DNA of 64,000 nt from Tetramitus jugosus (Eukaryota; Protista; Heterolobosea), in the NCBI GenBank assembly GCA_937625935.1, contig OW569361.1, positions 372,001 through 436,000 of the forward strand, in the 5' to 3' direction. How positions within the stretch are numbered: the stretch's first letter is position 1; each line of letters opens with the position of its first letter. Position numbers and translations under genes: made by a program. A model generated the notes under the pieces. It was not told where the DNA came from. It saw nothing but the letters and a program-made list of their open reading frames with translations, and searched no databases. Positions 44,732-55,130 of the stretch are shown in pieces.

Positions 44732-47066
44732 ATGGCTGGCGCCAAAAAGAAAGCAACCTTGAACGAAACAAGCTTCTGGGAAGATAGAAGAGTCATCAAC
44801 AAATTGGATGAAATCGCAAAGGTATGTTGTTTTTGATGGATTATGATTCTACAAAAATGAACATAACCTCACACTGACACATCAACAAATGAATATATCT
44901 CAGAAATTAAGCAGTGATTTTTCTACAGAGGACATTAGCTCTCGTCAGTTGGCATCACTATGTGGTCAACTGGTCAAATGGATGGATCTCAATTTTGGTC
45001 AGAGTGCACCTGATGAGTTGAGAGGTTCATTCACCAAACTGCCTGCTCACTTGTTTCTCGATTTCAGTGAAAGTGGTTCCCTGTACAATATTTTAAAGGT
45101 TTGTTTTGAGTTTAAGGCTGAAAATGGTTGGAAAAAGTATGATTTTACATCGCAACCTAGATTTGACAATCATTTGAAGTTGTTGCAGATGATTCAAACA
45201 ACCATGTTCAACATGGGATTCGAAAAAGTGAAACAAGTATTTATTGCCGCAAATTTGTTCTCTGACAAGAGTGAGGTGGAGCAATTGTGTGCCATTGTGA
45301 ACAAATTGGCTGGTGGATCTCTAGTGATGGATGCTTCGATGGCAACTCACACGATTAGACCAGATTCAGACGACATGAAAAATAATGAGGAAGACACAAC
45401 ATTGACCATTGAGAGAGATGGACTCAAGTACAATCACATTGCGTATCAACCAGATAGTTTAAATGAACTCATACCTGCAGACAAGGAGGCAACTGGTATT
45501 ACATTGAGAACAAAGTCTGTGTGGACACTGTATGCACGGTACTTGCATGACAGTGTAAAGTACAATGAATGGTTGACTGAGAATGATTATGATTGTGAAG
45601 AGTCGTTGTCTTTGGATACTGCTTCGCCACAAGATGGTGTCACTAATGAATCAGTAGCTACTCCTACCGATTCAAAGTCCTCGGTAAATTCTAGTGGCAG
45701 AAGAAAGCGAAAGTTGAGTGATAAAAAGAGAACAGCAGAAGAAGGTTTGTATTTTACAACTACATGTGCACGCGCAATTCATGCGACTTCCAATTGAGAG
45801 AACAAATAAGCTAACATGTTGATAATTCTATGATTCGAAACAGCTAACATTCCAAGTGAAGCAGACGAGAGTTCAAAGAAGGCTAAACTGGAGTCAAGTG
45901 TACAGCCAGCATCATTTACAAATGGATCTCAAACTCCTTCGATTCCCTTATCAAGCACTGTCATCTTACCATCACATAGCTCGTGGTTTGATATGGAGGA
46001 GGTGCATGAGATTGAGAAAAGGGGATTGCCAGAGTTCTTTGATGGAAAGCAACCAGGAAAAACACCAGAGATTTATCAAAAGTATAGAAATTTTATGATT
46101 AACAACTACAGAAAGGACACTTCCATATATTTATCTGCCACTGAGTGTCGCAAGTACTTAACTGGTGATGTTTGTTCCATTATGCGAGTCCATAACTTTT
46201 TGGAGCATTGGGGATTGATCAACTATGGTGTCGACCCTCGCAACAAACCAATACCACAAATGGGTGCTCTGTCAGCTGCACACAATGTTGACACTGTGTA
46301 TCAAGATTACACAAAGCGAGAACCCCAGCAACCAACTGAAAAATTATTGATGTTGAATCCATCATCGAGCGCTCTCCAACAAAAGAGCACTATTCCACAA
46401 CCTCCACGAAGCGACTGGTCAGACGAAGAGACTCTGCGTTTGTTTGATGCTATTGCGAAGCACGGCGATAACTGGTCCGAAATTGCTTGTCATGTCAAGA
46501 CAAGATCCAAGGAAGAGTGCATCACTCACTTTTTACAACTACCAATTGAAGATCAATTCTTGCAGGAGTCCGATGGTCTGGCCAACAGCGCAGTGAGCAA
46601 GGTATCTGAAGAGAGATCTAACATTGAACCACCTCTTCCTTTTGCAGATTCTGGCAATCCCGTCATGTCTGTTGTGGCCTTCCTCTCTTCCATGGTTAGT
46701 CCTACTGTCGCCTCTGCGGCAGCAAGAGCAGCCTTAGAAGAGATGAACAAGGAAACCAATTTGAAAGACTTTAATGATAACTTTGATGTTCAAAAGTTAG
46801 ATATTAAGACTGCGTCTGCTGCTGCAATTGGTGCCGCTGCAGCCAAGGCCAAGAAATTGGTTGAACAAGAGGAGCGTGAGATTCAGAGACTTGTTGCGTT
46901 TGTAATTGAGAAACAGTTGAAGAAGCTTGAGGTCAAGATCAAACACTTTGAAGAACTCGAGTCGGCCATGGTGAAAGAAAAGGCTGAGTTGCAAAAGGCT
47001 CAAAGAGACCTGTTTGAAGAAAAGCAAGCTTTCTACAACCAACTTCAGGAAAATCAAAAGCTATAA
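44732..47066 (+). CDS. SMARCC: SWI/SNF subunit SMARCC/SWI3 (SWIRM, SANT, coiled coil), 3 exons
   Basis: Introns 44822-44903 and 45745-45843. PSHSSWF, LPEFF..K..KTPEIY..YRNFMI, RVHNFLEHWGLINY, SANT, PFADSGNPVMS.VAFL, QLKKLEVKIKHFEELE. Confidence 0.95.
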
Positions 47067-47227
47067 ATCAACACAACTAAAATTTGGTTCTTTTCTTGTT
47101 GGTGCGTCACGAACTTCTTTCAAAAGTCCAACCCTGTTGGTTGTATTCCAATCACCAGAAAACTCCGCTGTGGAACGACAAGACCACAAGACTGTGCAGG
47201 ATAGAACTCACAACCCAAAAGTGAACC

Positions 47228-47980
47228 ATGCTGCTCATACCTTCTTTCCTAAAGAAAAAAAAGCAACAGTATCATCGATTCAATCTGTTGCAATTACCTG
47301 ATGACATCGTTGTCTCCATATTGACCTATTGTTGGCCTAATCAGGTCTGCCATTTCATGAACACTGTGATACTTGATGTGAAGTCACCCACGGCCAACCA
47401 CCTCTGGAAGCAAATGTGTCTCATCGCCTGTCCTCCATTGGCCCGTACCGTAGAACGATCACATAGGAGTGGCTCCCACTGGGCAGGGACCACCGCGAAA
47501 GCAACAAGAATGCTGACTGCAGGTCATAGCTATCGTTGGGAGATTGAGTTAAATCAATTTCAATTATTCACACTGCAGAATTTTAATCTTTCAATTGTGG
47601 GTGTCCTTCCATTCGGTGCTCAGTCCCATATAGGCATACTTGGATTGATTATTGGCCATGGTCGTGCGATTTACCACTCGGAACATGTTTTCCCTGAAGA
47701 TTCAAACCTTACAATTGAGCAAGGAGATGTAATTGAAATCGTGTTTGATATGACTCATAGCACGAAAGCCAATGATCAGACCTTAGAAAAGCTATTTTGT
47801 AAGGGTTTGATCTCACAGAGTCACAGAGCAGGAGCTCGAATGGAATTCTACTTGTTGAGAAACGAAGAACGAACTCTATTTCTTGTGATCAACAATATTC
47901 GAGGTCAAGAGTTCTATCCTGCAGTGTCCATGTATCCAGACACAACCATTACGATTCGGCCAAGTTCTAGGGTCATATGA
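47228..47980 (+). CDS. F-box plus SPRY-like protein, internally deleted paralog (possible pseudogene)
   Basis: LLQLPDDIVVSILTY F-box start; SPRY-like YRWEIE, QGDVIEIVFDM, FYPAVSM; collinear with the next gene but with deletions. Confidence 0.7.
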   Translation: MLLIPSFLKKKKQQYHRFNLLQLPDDIVVSILTYCWPNQVCHFMNTVILDVKSPTANHLWKQMCLIACPPLARTVERSHRSGSHWAGTTAKATRMLTAGHSYRWEIELNQFQLFTLQNFNLSIVGVLPFGAQSHIGILGLIIGHGRAIYHSEHVFPEDSNLTIEQGDVIEIVFDMTHSTKANDQTLEKLFCKGLISQSHRAGARMEFYLLRNEERTLFLVINNIRGQEFYPAVSMYPDTTITIRPSSRVI

Positions 47981-49041
47981 ACTCAGTCCTTTTGGTGTCT
48001 CCTTGTTTTCATTTGTTTCACACCCTACACCCCAAAATCAGTAGATCCATTCTCAATTCTGGAGAAAGTTCAGGTTGTTGCACAAAAGATCTGAAAAAAA
48101 CAAACCAGGGAGAGATGTTCATCAGCGAAAACAAGCAAAATAATCATCCATTCGATCTGTTGCAATTACCAGATGACATTGTTCTCTTCATATTGACCTA
48201 TTGTCAGCCCCAACAGCTTTTGCGTATGGCCCAAGTCTGTCGCTACATGAACAACATGATCTTTAACGTGAAGTCATCCATGACCAACCATCTCTGGAAG
48301 CAAATGTGTCTCTTTTATCTGCATCGTCCTCATATGAGGACTGGTGAACCAGAGTCAACAAAGGAAAAATTGAGGAACGAGGTGGAGTTGAATCTACGGT
48401 TGGAAGAGGGCATTGACAACTGGTTGGATCAGTACAAGTTGATCCGTTCTTACGCATGGGACCCATCAAGCTCCAACTATTCTCGAGTGCTTGACTTTAC
48501 CAACGAGGATCGCACTGTAGAGAATCCTCATGGTCGTGGTTCCTACTGGGCCACTACAAGAGCAGCAAAAACACTGACTGCAGGTCACAGTTATCGATGG
48601 GAAATTGAAATCAATGTACTTCCACGAACATTGGGCAACAGTTGGCGGATCATTGTTGGCGTCGAGAGTCCACTGTTTCCGTTCATTGGTCAATCCAATG
48701 CAGATGTCATTGGATATCAACCACAGAACTTGGGTGCTGGGTTGATTATTGGCCAATGTCATGCAATCTGCCGCGGAGAGCGCATCGATCCAGAGATTTC
48801 AAACCTTACACTTGGGCAAGGTGACACAATAGAAATCGTGTTTGATATGACCTTGAGCTCAGAAACGAATGACAAAATGTTGGAAGAACTATCAACGAGC
48901 AACACTGAAAATCGTTTGATGTCACAGAGTCATAAGGGTGGTGCACGAATGGAATTTTATTTGTTGCGAAATGAAGAAAGGACTAGAATTCTTGTGATCA
49001 ACAATATTCGAGGTCAAGAGTTCTATCCTGCAGTGTCCATG
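47880..49041 (+). repeat. Tandem duplication including a 53-nt identical tract at 47880-47932 and 48989-49041
   Basis: ttcttgtgatcaacaatattcgaggtcaagagttctatcctgcagtgtccatg occurs in both F-box paralogs. Confidence 0.9.
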
Positions 49042-49086
49042 AACCAAGGCATGAAAACAACAATTCAGCCTGCCTCTTGGTTATGA
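48115..49086 (+). CDS. F-box plus SPRY/B30.2-like protein
   Basis: F-box LLQLPDDIVLFILTYC.PQQLLRMAQVCRYM...LWKQMC; SPRY-like YRWEIEI, IIVGV, GDTIEIVFD, FYPAVSM. Confidence 0.85.
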   Translation: MFISENKQNNHPFDLLQLPDDIVLFILTYCQPQQLLRMAQVCRYMNNMIFNVKSSMTNHLWKQMCLFYLHRPHMRTGEPESTKEKLRNEVELNLRLEEGIDNWLDQYKLIRSYAWDPSSSNYSRVLDFTNEDRTVENPHGRGSYWATTRAAKTLTAGHSYRWEIEINVLPRTLGNSWRIIVGVESPLFPFIGQSNADVIGYQPQNLGAGLIIGQCHAICRGERIDPEISNLTLGQGDTIEIVFDMTLSSETNDKMLEELSTSNTENRLMSQSHKGGARMEFYLLRNEERTRILVINNIRGQEFYPAVSMNQGMKTTIQPASWL

Positions 49087-49502
49087 ACTTACTCGCCACA
49101 GATTAGTTAGTTAGGTTCGCACTGCAGAGGACTTTGAATAATAATTATTCAAAACCTCTTCATGGTCAACTCTTTCTTCTGGTTTGCTCAACTATTCAGT
49201 GCACACTGAAACCATTCAACTGACTTCAGATAAAGCACTAACCTCCAGCAATCTTTTTTGAGCGTGTAAAAAGATGCATCGCCTCCAATCATCCACTGTG
49301 TTTGAATACAACCTCTTGGTTGCTCCTTTTTATTTTTTTTCGGTTATTTCCATTGGATAACGCTCGCAGGGTCGATGCAACGTCAGGAGTGAGAATTCTT
49401 CTGCTGAAGCAATATATGAACACTTGCTTACTCTTCTCACTCTTTCATTGCCACACGTGCGTGAGAGTGCGCCATTTTGCGAGATTTAAGAACTCCCAAT
49501 AA

Positions 49503-49573
49503 GCATCTGTAGTGTAGGGGTATCATGCAGCGTTGCCATCGCTGCGACCCGGGTTCGAATCCCGGCAGATGCA
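49503..49573 (+). tRNA. tRNA-Gly (GCC)
   Basis: Acceptor GCATCTG/CAGATGC, anticodon arm CAGCG-TTGCCAT-CGCTG, T arm CCGGG-TTCGAAT-CCCGG, discriminator A, followed by TTTT. Confidence 0.97.
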
Positions 49574-49704
49574 TTTTCAACTTTTTCTCTTCCAAAGTTC
49601 GTCACTCAAGTTCCACGAAAGAACAACAAAAAACCTTTGGAGATCAAAAAAACTCAACAAACGAAAAAAAAAGCAAAAAACTCACTCTTCCAAATTGTGC
49701 CAGC

Positions 49705-50725
49705 ATGTCATCCGCTACCACCTCACCCGAACAAGCCATTCAATACTTTTGCCTGCTTGGTAAGAATCTAAAGGGCAAAACTGCTGCTCAACTCGTGAGT
49801 CAAGCAGTGAGTCATCCACACACCTACGTGTTTGGTGAGTTGATGGACCTTGAAGGATTCAAAAATGTACGTTTGTGTCATTTGATGATGATGAAAAAAC
49901 TTTTTTTCTTATGATGCTGTTGTTGTGATGACTAAACTAACACAAATGATGGTGATGATTTTTTTTCTTGGAATTTACTTTAGCTGAAGAATGATCCTGA
50001 GAATCAAAAGGCATACAATTTGTTGGAATTGTTTGCTTATGGAACCTATAATGACTGGAAAGGTTTGTTTGTTTTTTTTGATGTTCGCTGACAACAACAG
50101 CAACAACTGCTTTTTTGATATCATATGATGTATTGACATTGAAAAAAAACAACAATGAATTATAATAGCCAATCAAGAGACATATCCAGAGCTAACGAGT
50201 GAACAAAAGTCAAAGCTAAAGCAATTGACCATTGTTAGCTTTAGTGCCAAACAACGAATTTTGCCCTATTCTACACTGATGAGAGAGTTGGATATTACGG
50301 ATGTGAGACAATTGGAGGATTTGCTCATTGATTGCATCTATCAAGGCTTGATTGAAGGCAAATTGGATCAATCTCAGCAATCACTCGAAGTGTACGAAGC
50401 AATTGGTAGAGATTTTAAGCCGGAGAATGTGGATCAAATGATTTCCGTGTTGCAAGCATGGTCCCAGACTGCACACAGTGTGTTGACGGCTCTCGATGCA
50501 AACAGTAAGCGTGCTGTTGATTCATTTGAAGAAAACAAGAAGCATCGCAAGGAACAAGACACCAAAGTCGAGGAGATTGAGAGAAATATTAAGACTAGTT
50601 TGGAGTTGCAGAATGAGGGACTTGGAATGATGGGCATGGGTCTCGGAATGGGCATGATGGGAATGATGTCTCACGGTGGTGATGATAGATCCAGAAAGGG
50701 TGGAAGTCAGAGACGTCCAAGATAA
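49705..50725 (+). CDS. COPS7: COP9 signalosome subunit 7, 3 exons
   Basis: HPHTYVFGELM, LLELFAYGTY.DW, KLKQLTIVS, LPYSTLMRELDI..VRQLEDLLI, GKLDQ, IGRD. Introns 49867-49983 and 50063-50168. Confidence 0.95.
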
Positions 50726-50910
50726 GTCCTCTCGGGACCACTGGTTCTTTTTGTAGCATTTATTGGGTGCGTGTATATCTCGAGATATTGCTCGCACACA
50801 TCATCGATATATAGTTCAAATGTTGGATGCGATCCATGTTGAACTATTGGAGACACACTGTATAAAACATATGCAATTGAATTTTGTGCTATGATCTTTT
50901 ATTGACATTC

Positions 50911-52545
50911 TTACACGGCAGGTTGCACGTGGACATACTCCTTCACATATTTGATCTTGACGCTACCACTTTCGATTTCGTCCTTTGTACGACCACTGCA
51001 TTGTCCGCTGCATGTGAACACGGTGACTGTTCCGTATTCCATACCTTGATTCTCTCCCTTTCTGTGGCAGTGTTCATCAGGTTTCAATTGATAGATGAGT
51101 GTTGGCATAATCTGCATTTCAAAGACACGAGCAGATCCACAGGATGGACATGGAGGAATGTAGGGCGAGACGTTTGGTTTCAAAATATAGTCGCTTTGCA
51201 ATTGATCCTCATCATCATCATCCTCTTCTTCTATGCTGCGTGTTCTCACGAGTCCCTGATTACGGTTTCTCTTTTGGCTGTAACCCTGAGGCAGTGTCTT
51301 TGGATGATCGTTGATCCACAGTGGCTCACCACCAAATTGCCATCTAATGCTCTGATTTGGCTCCTTTGCCACTTCTTCGTGGAACTTCATCAACACTGGA
51401 GAGACATTCACTTGCTTTGATAATTCAGCAAGAGTGTCCAACGACGATGAAGCATCATCATCATTGTCAGCACTAGAGGAAGCAGCACCACCATCATTTG
51501 ATTCTTCCAAGTGAGTAAACTTGCTAGACATGGCTGCACTGTTCATGTACTTTCCAAACGCTGCCAACTCTTCATCATCATACTCTTCATTGGCCATTGC
51601 ACTTGCATACTTTGCTTCATCTCCTTCTTCCTCGTCCAACTCCTCCTCTGGCTCTTCAAAAATATCGAGTGAGAAACAAGGGAGTGCAAACTTTGGTACG
51701 GGTTCATCCTTCTTTTGCTTATTCTTCTTCTTGTTCTTTTTCTTCTTGTTCTTTGCAGCATTGCCACCACCACCACCACCACTACTATTGGCCAATGGAG
51801 CAGCAGCCATTTGCATCAAATTCTCCAAATCAGCATCCAAATTCTGATCCTTTTTCCATTCATTCACTGATTCCTTAATCTTCTCCGTATTCTTCTCATC
51901 AATCACTCTTGTTTCACCACCAGTACCAGTACCGGACTTTGAATTTTCATTGTCTTGTGCAGTCTTGTCCAATTGTTCATCAAATACTTCAAATTGAGCA
52001 CGATAAGCAACCCATGTACCTTCTCTGTTGTGACACGTACGATTATTGCAACCAAACACGTACAAGAATCGATCAAAGTGACCCAATGGTGCATACGCTT
52101 GAGTCACCAAGTACAACTTTGAGCTACAGATGCGACATGTAAGGTTTTTGGCAATGGGCAAATCAGGCACCATTTCTCTTCTCAATTGAGCTCGTTTCTC
52201 ACTCAATGTCATTTCATTATCTTCATTTTTACTACTGCTACTACTACTGCTATTATTATTCTCATCATCATTGTTATTCGTGTTCTTCTCATCACTAGTA
52301 GTGTTGTTATTGTTGTTATTGTTGTTGGTGAGAGTGAATGGGATAGTGGATGCCAATAATTCATGCTCATCATCAATGACTGCAATATCAAAGTGTCTCT
52401 CATGGAGCCAAGCAGGCTCTCCACCTACTTTGCTCACGTAGGGTGATTTGTAGTCCTTGTTTGATGGTTGAATGGGCTTGTCAGGTACACCGAGCCAAGC
52501 ATACTCTTGGAAGAAGGGATTTTTTGCGACGCCGAGACCAGACAT
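50911..52545 (-). CDS. PDCD2L: PDCD2-like/Tsr4 (uS5 chaperone)
   Basis: SKVGGEPAW, C..C...LYLVTQAYAPL...DRFLYVFGC, QSIRWQFGGEPLW, CPSCGSARVFEMQIMPTLI, MEYGTV.VFTC. Confidence 0.92.
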   Translation of the reverse strand: MSGLGVAKNPFFQEYAWLGVPDKPIQPSNKDYKSPYVSKVGGEPAWLHERHFDIAVIDDEHELLASTIPFTLTNNNNNNNNTTSDEKNTNNNDDENNNSSSSSSSKNEDNEMTLSEKRAQLRREMVPDLPIAKNLTCRICSSKLYLVTQAYAPLGHFDRFLYVFGCNNRTCHNREGTWVAYRAQFEVFDEQLDKTAQDNENSKSGTGTGGETRVIDEKNTEKIKESVNEWKKDQNLDADLENLMQMAAAPLANSSGGGGGGNAAKNKKKKNKKKNKQKKDEPVPKFALPCFSLDIFEEPEEELDEEEGDEAKYASAMANEEYDDEELAAFGKYMNSAAMSSKFTHLEESNDGGAASSSADNDDDASSSLDTLAELSKQVNVSPVLMKFHEEVAKEPNQSIRWQFGGEPLWINDHPKTLPQGYSQKRNRNQGLVRTRSIEEEDDDDEDQLQSDYILKPNVSPYIPPCPSCGSARVFEMQIMPTLIYQLKPDEHCHRKGENQGMEYGTVTVFTCSGQCSGRTKDEIESGSVKIKYVKEYVHVQPAV

Positions 52546-52707
52546 GGATGAGTTGATTATGTGTTTGTTGCTTATCACGTGTGTGTTTTTTATTCAAACA
52601 ATGTGAAATTGAATTGTTTTTGGCGGCTCGGAGAAACTTGTTTCATTTTTTTTGTTGAAGAATACAATAAGCGGGAAAATTGAAACAGGTGGAATACTCT
52701 GATGGTT

Positions 52708-53964
52708 TTAGTATTGGGGGAGTTTGGTGCCAATGGCTACGAGACCGTTCATGGCAGCAAGATTTCTGGCCTTGCCCTTCATGTCTGCAGTGGCATATCC
52801 AACCAACTGAATGCCATCAAAGTAACTGCACTTGTGATTGTTGTGACCCATTTTCTCATCGACCACTCGCAGTGGATTCCCAGTGTACGCCTGCATCACA
52901 TCCATCAAAATGGTCTCATTGTTCTTTGCGTGCAACAATTGTTTAAAGATCTCTGATGGATTCTCCTGTATCAGCACTTGTTCAATGAACTGATCTGCTG
53001 CTCTAGGGCCCTTCACTTCAAACACCACAGTAATCATGCTGTAGACCACATCGGCCAAAATGTCCTTTTGAGTGCTTGATGTCATCTCACTCCATCCATA
53101 GCACCTCAATGTGTTCAATGGATTGATTTGCCAATACTTTAGTGCAACAATGTAAGCAAGTGTGCATGGATTGGTGTAAATGGCCTCTGTGAGCTTGATT
53201 GAGTTCAGATTGAGACTATTGTCCGATCCATACTTGCTTGAGCACAGTTCTGAGACGTAGAGAGACAGAATGTGGCGACCCATGAATGCCATTCGTTCAT
53301 TGTACTCAACTTTGCCTGTTCCAAAGCTCTTGTGTGTAATGGCTTGCACAAACAACTTGTTGATGATATCTTGTCGTTCTCGTTCTTGTTCTTCAGCACT
53401 GTTGTCAGTTTTTTGTTGCTTGTTGTCCTTTTTAGAGGTGGCCCTTGTGGTGATGAGTGTATTTGGATCAGTGAAGCATGAGTTGAGCTGTGGTATGCGC
53501 TCCAAAATCTCAATCAACCCCTCTGTAAACTCATTGGTCGAATAGATGCGCCCCGTAATCGACACATGCTTCCCTCTCTCCTGAGCGGTTGCAAAATTCT
53601 TTACGTTTTTTAGCGAGGGAGAATCTGGGCGCCAACGAGGCGGAGTAACACCAGAGGGACCCTGAGTTGCAGCGGCGGCAGCGGAATTTCGGAGGGATTG
53701 TTGAATTTCCTCCAATTGTAGATCGTTTTTACTCGTAATGGGCTGGTTCAGTGCAGCACTATGATCTGCTGCAGATGCATTTGATGGTGCTGGTTGTTCT
53801 GTGACACGACGTGCATATTGACGATAACAGTGGTTCATGCATGGTGATGGAGTGGACAACAGTTGAATGGATGGATTGTATAGATTGGTGCTTTTTTGTG
53901 AATGACCGATTGAAAAACACAGTGCATTGTTCAGTACTTTTGTTGATGTTGTTGTGCGCCACAT
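52708..53964 (-). CDS. RNase III-like mitoribosomal protein (mL57/mL44-like) with dsRBD-like C-terminus
   Basis: Mitochondrial-type presequence; QAITHKSF...YNERMAFMGR (degenerate RNase III signature); C-terminal VGYA...KARNLAAMNGL. Confidence 0.75.
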   Translation of the reverse strand: MWRTTTSTKVLNNALCFSIGHSQKSTNLYNPSIQLLSTPSPCMNHCYRQYARRVTEQPAPSNASAADHSAALNQPITSKNDLQLEEIQQSLRNSAAAAATQGPSGVTPPRWRPDSPSLKNVKNFATAQERGKHVSITGRIYSTNEFTEGLIEILERIPQLNSCFTDPNTLITTRATSKKDNKQQKTDNSAEEQERERQDIINKLFVQAITHKSFGTGKVEYNERMAFMGRHILSLYVSELCSSKYGSDNSLNLNSIKLTEAIYTNPCTLAYIVALKYWQINPLNTLRCYGWSEMTSSTQKDILADVVYSMITVVFEVKGPRAADQFIEQVLIQENPSEIFKQLLHAKNNETILMDVMQAYTGNPLRVVDEKMGHNNHKCSYFDGIQLVGYATADMKGKARNLAAMNGLVAIGTKLPQY

Positions 53965-54266
53965 TTTGTTTGATTTTTTGTTGTGTAAATTTTGTTGGAG
54001 TTTCGGCGAAACTAATTACAGTCTCACGGCGTGCAACAACATCTCGGACCTGCAGTGCTTGCGTCTTTCCATGCCAGTCGAAAGGAAAAATGAACTTGGT
54101 CGTTCCAAAAAGCTTTTGAACTTGAAAATAATTTGAACAAGTTCATGACTTGTCGAACATTGCGCGGCCGCGCCCTTACAAAAACGTCTTCTTTGACGTT
54201 CTTTGCTCAACAAAAAAAAACCAAAAAAACACACAACAACTACCACGCATACTATATCACACAAGA

Positions 54267-54942
54267 ATGATTGGATACATTAAAAAGAAGGGAGACGCCA
54301 AAGCTACCAAATCAGTCACTGGTGTTGTCTCAGGAACTGGTGCCAACAAGCAAGAAGGTTATGAAATTAGAGTTGCAAAAGGTTCGTACAGACAACAACA
54401 ACAACAACAATCATTATCATTCAACACACACATTCCAACAAAAAAAAATGATTTGTCTTCAAAAAAAAATTTTTTTTTCATGAAAGCTAACAACAACAAA
54501 ATGAACCATATATGATTCAGATTTGGCCGAGTTGGAAACCAGATGGTCAGACAACCTCAAGACTGAAAACGTTGACAAATTGGACCACTTTACATTGACT
54601 CTGATACCTGATGATGGTATTTGGAAGGCTCATCCACACGTGTTTGACATGGTCATTGATCACAATTATCCTATTAAGGCCCCAAAGGTCACATGCAAGA
54701 CCAAGTGCTATCATCCAAACATTGATCCAGAGGGTCACGTCTGTTTGAACATTTTGCGTGAAGACTGGAATCCAGTGTTGACTTTTAATGCCATTTTCAC
54801 TGGTTTGCACTTTTTGTTCTTGGAACCAAATCCAAAGGATCCTTTGGACACTGAAGCTGCTGACATGTACGAGAAGGATTTGACAAAGTTTAAGAAGATT
54901 GCTCAAAACTATATGAAGGGAAATTATTCCAAGTATGTGTAA
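54267..54942 (+). CDS. UBC12: NEDD8-conjugating enzyme Ubc12, 2 exons
   Basis: EIRVAK/DLAEL (intron 54382-54520), YHPNIDPEGHVCLNILREDWNPVL, LFLEPNPKDPL. Confidence 0.93.
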
Positions 54943-55130
54943 AAAGCTAAAGAACAGAGAGAGAGAGCGCATGAGTGAGAAGTGAGAGAATTTTTTTTTC
55001 GAATGATGCTCGTTCAAGTGAAATTCATTGGGACAATGATGGTACCATCATTATCATGCGTGAACACACACAACTCAAAGCCTGTATATTTCAAACAAAA
55101 AACAACGCACCATAAAAACACAAACATTTA

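Noticed and set aside
47977-47980. ATGA stop/start overlap between the F-box paralogs, suggesting translational coupling
   Set aside because: Alignment with the paralog favours ATG 48115 as the start; the upstream extension looks non-coding.
49525-49704. N-terminal extension of CSN7 (MQRCHRCDPGSNPG...)
   Set aside because: It is the tRNA-Gly sequence read as codons.
49867-49983. Several ATGATGA box-C-like motifs in CSN7 intron 1
   Set aside because: They are (GAT)n microsatellite; no box D or terminal stem.
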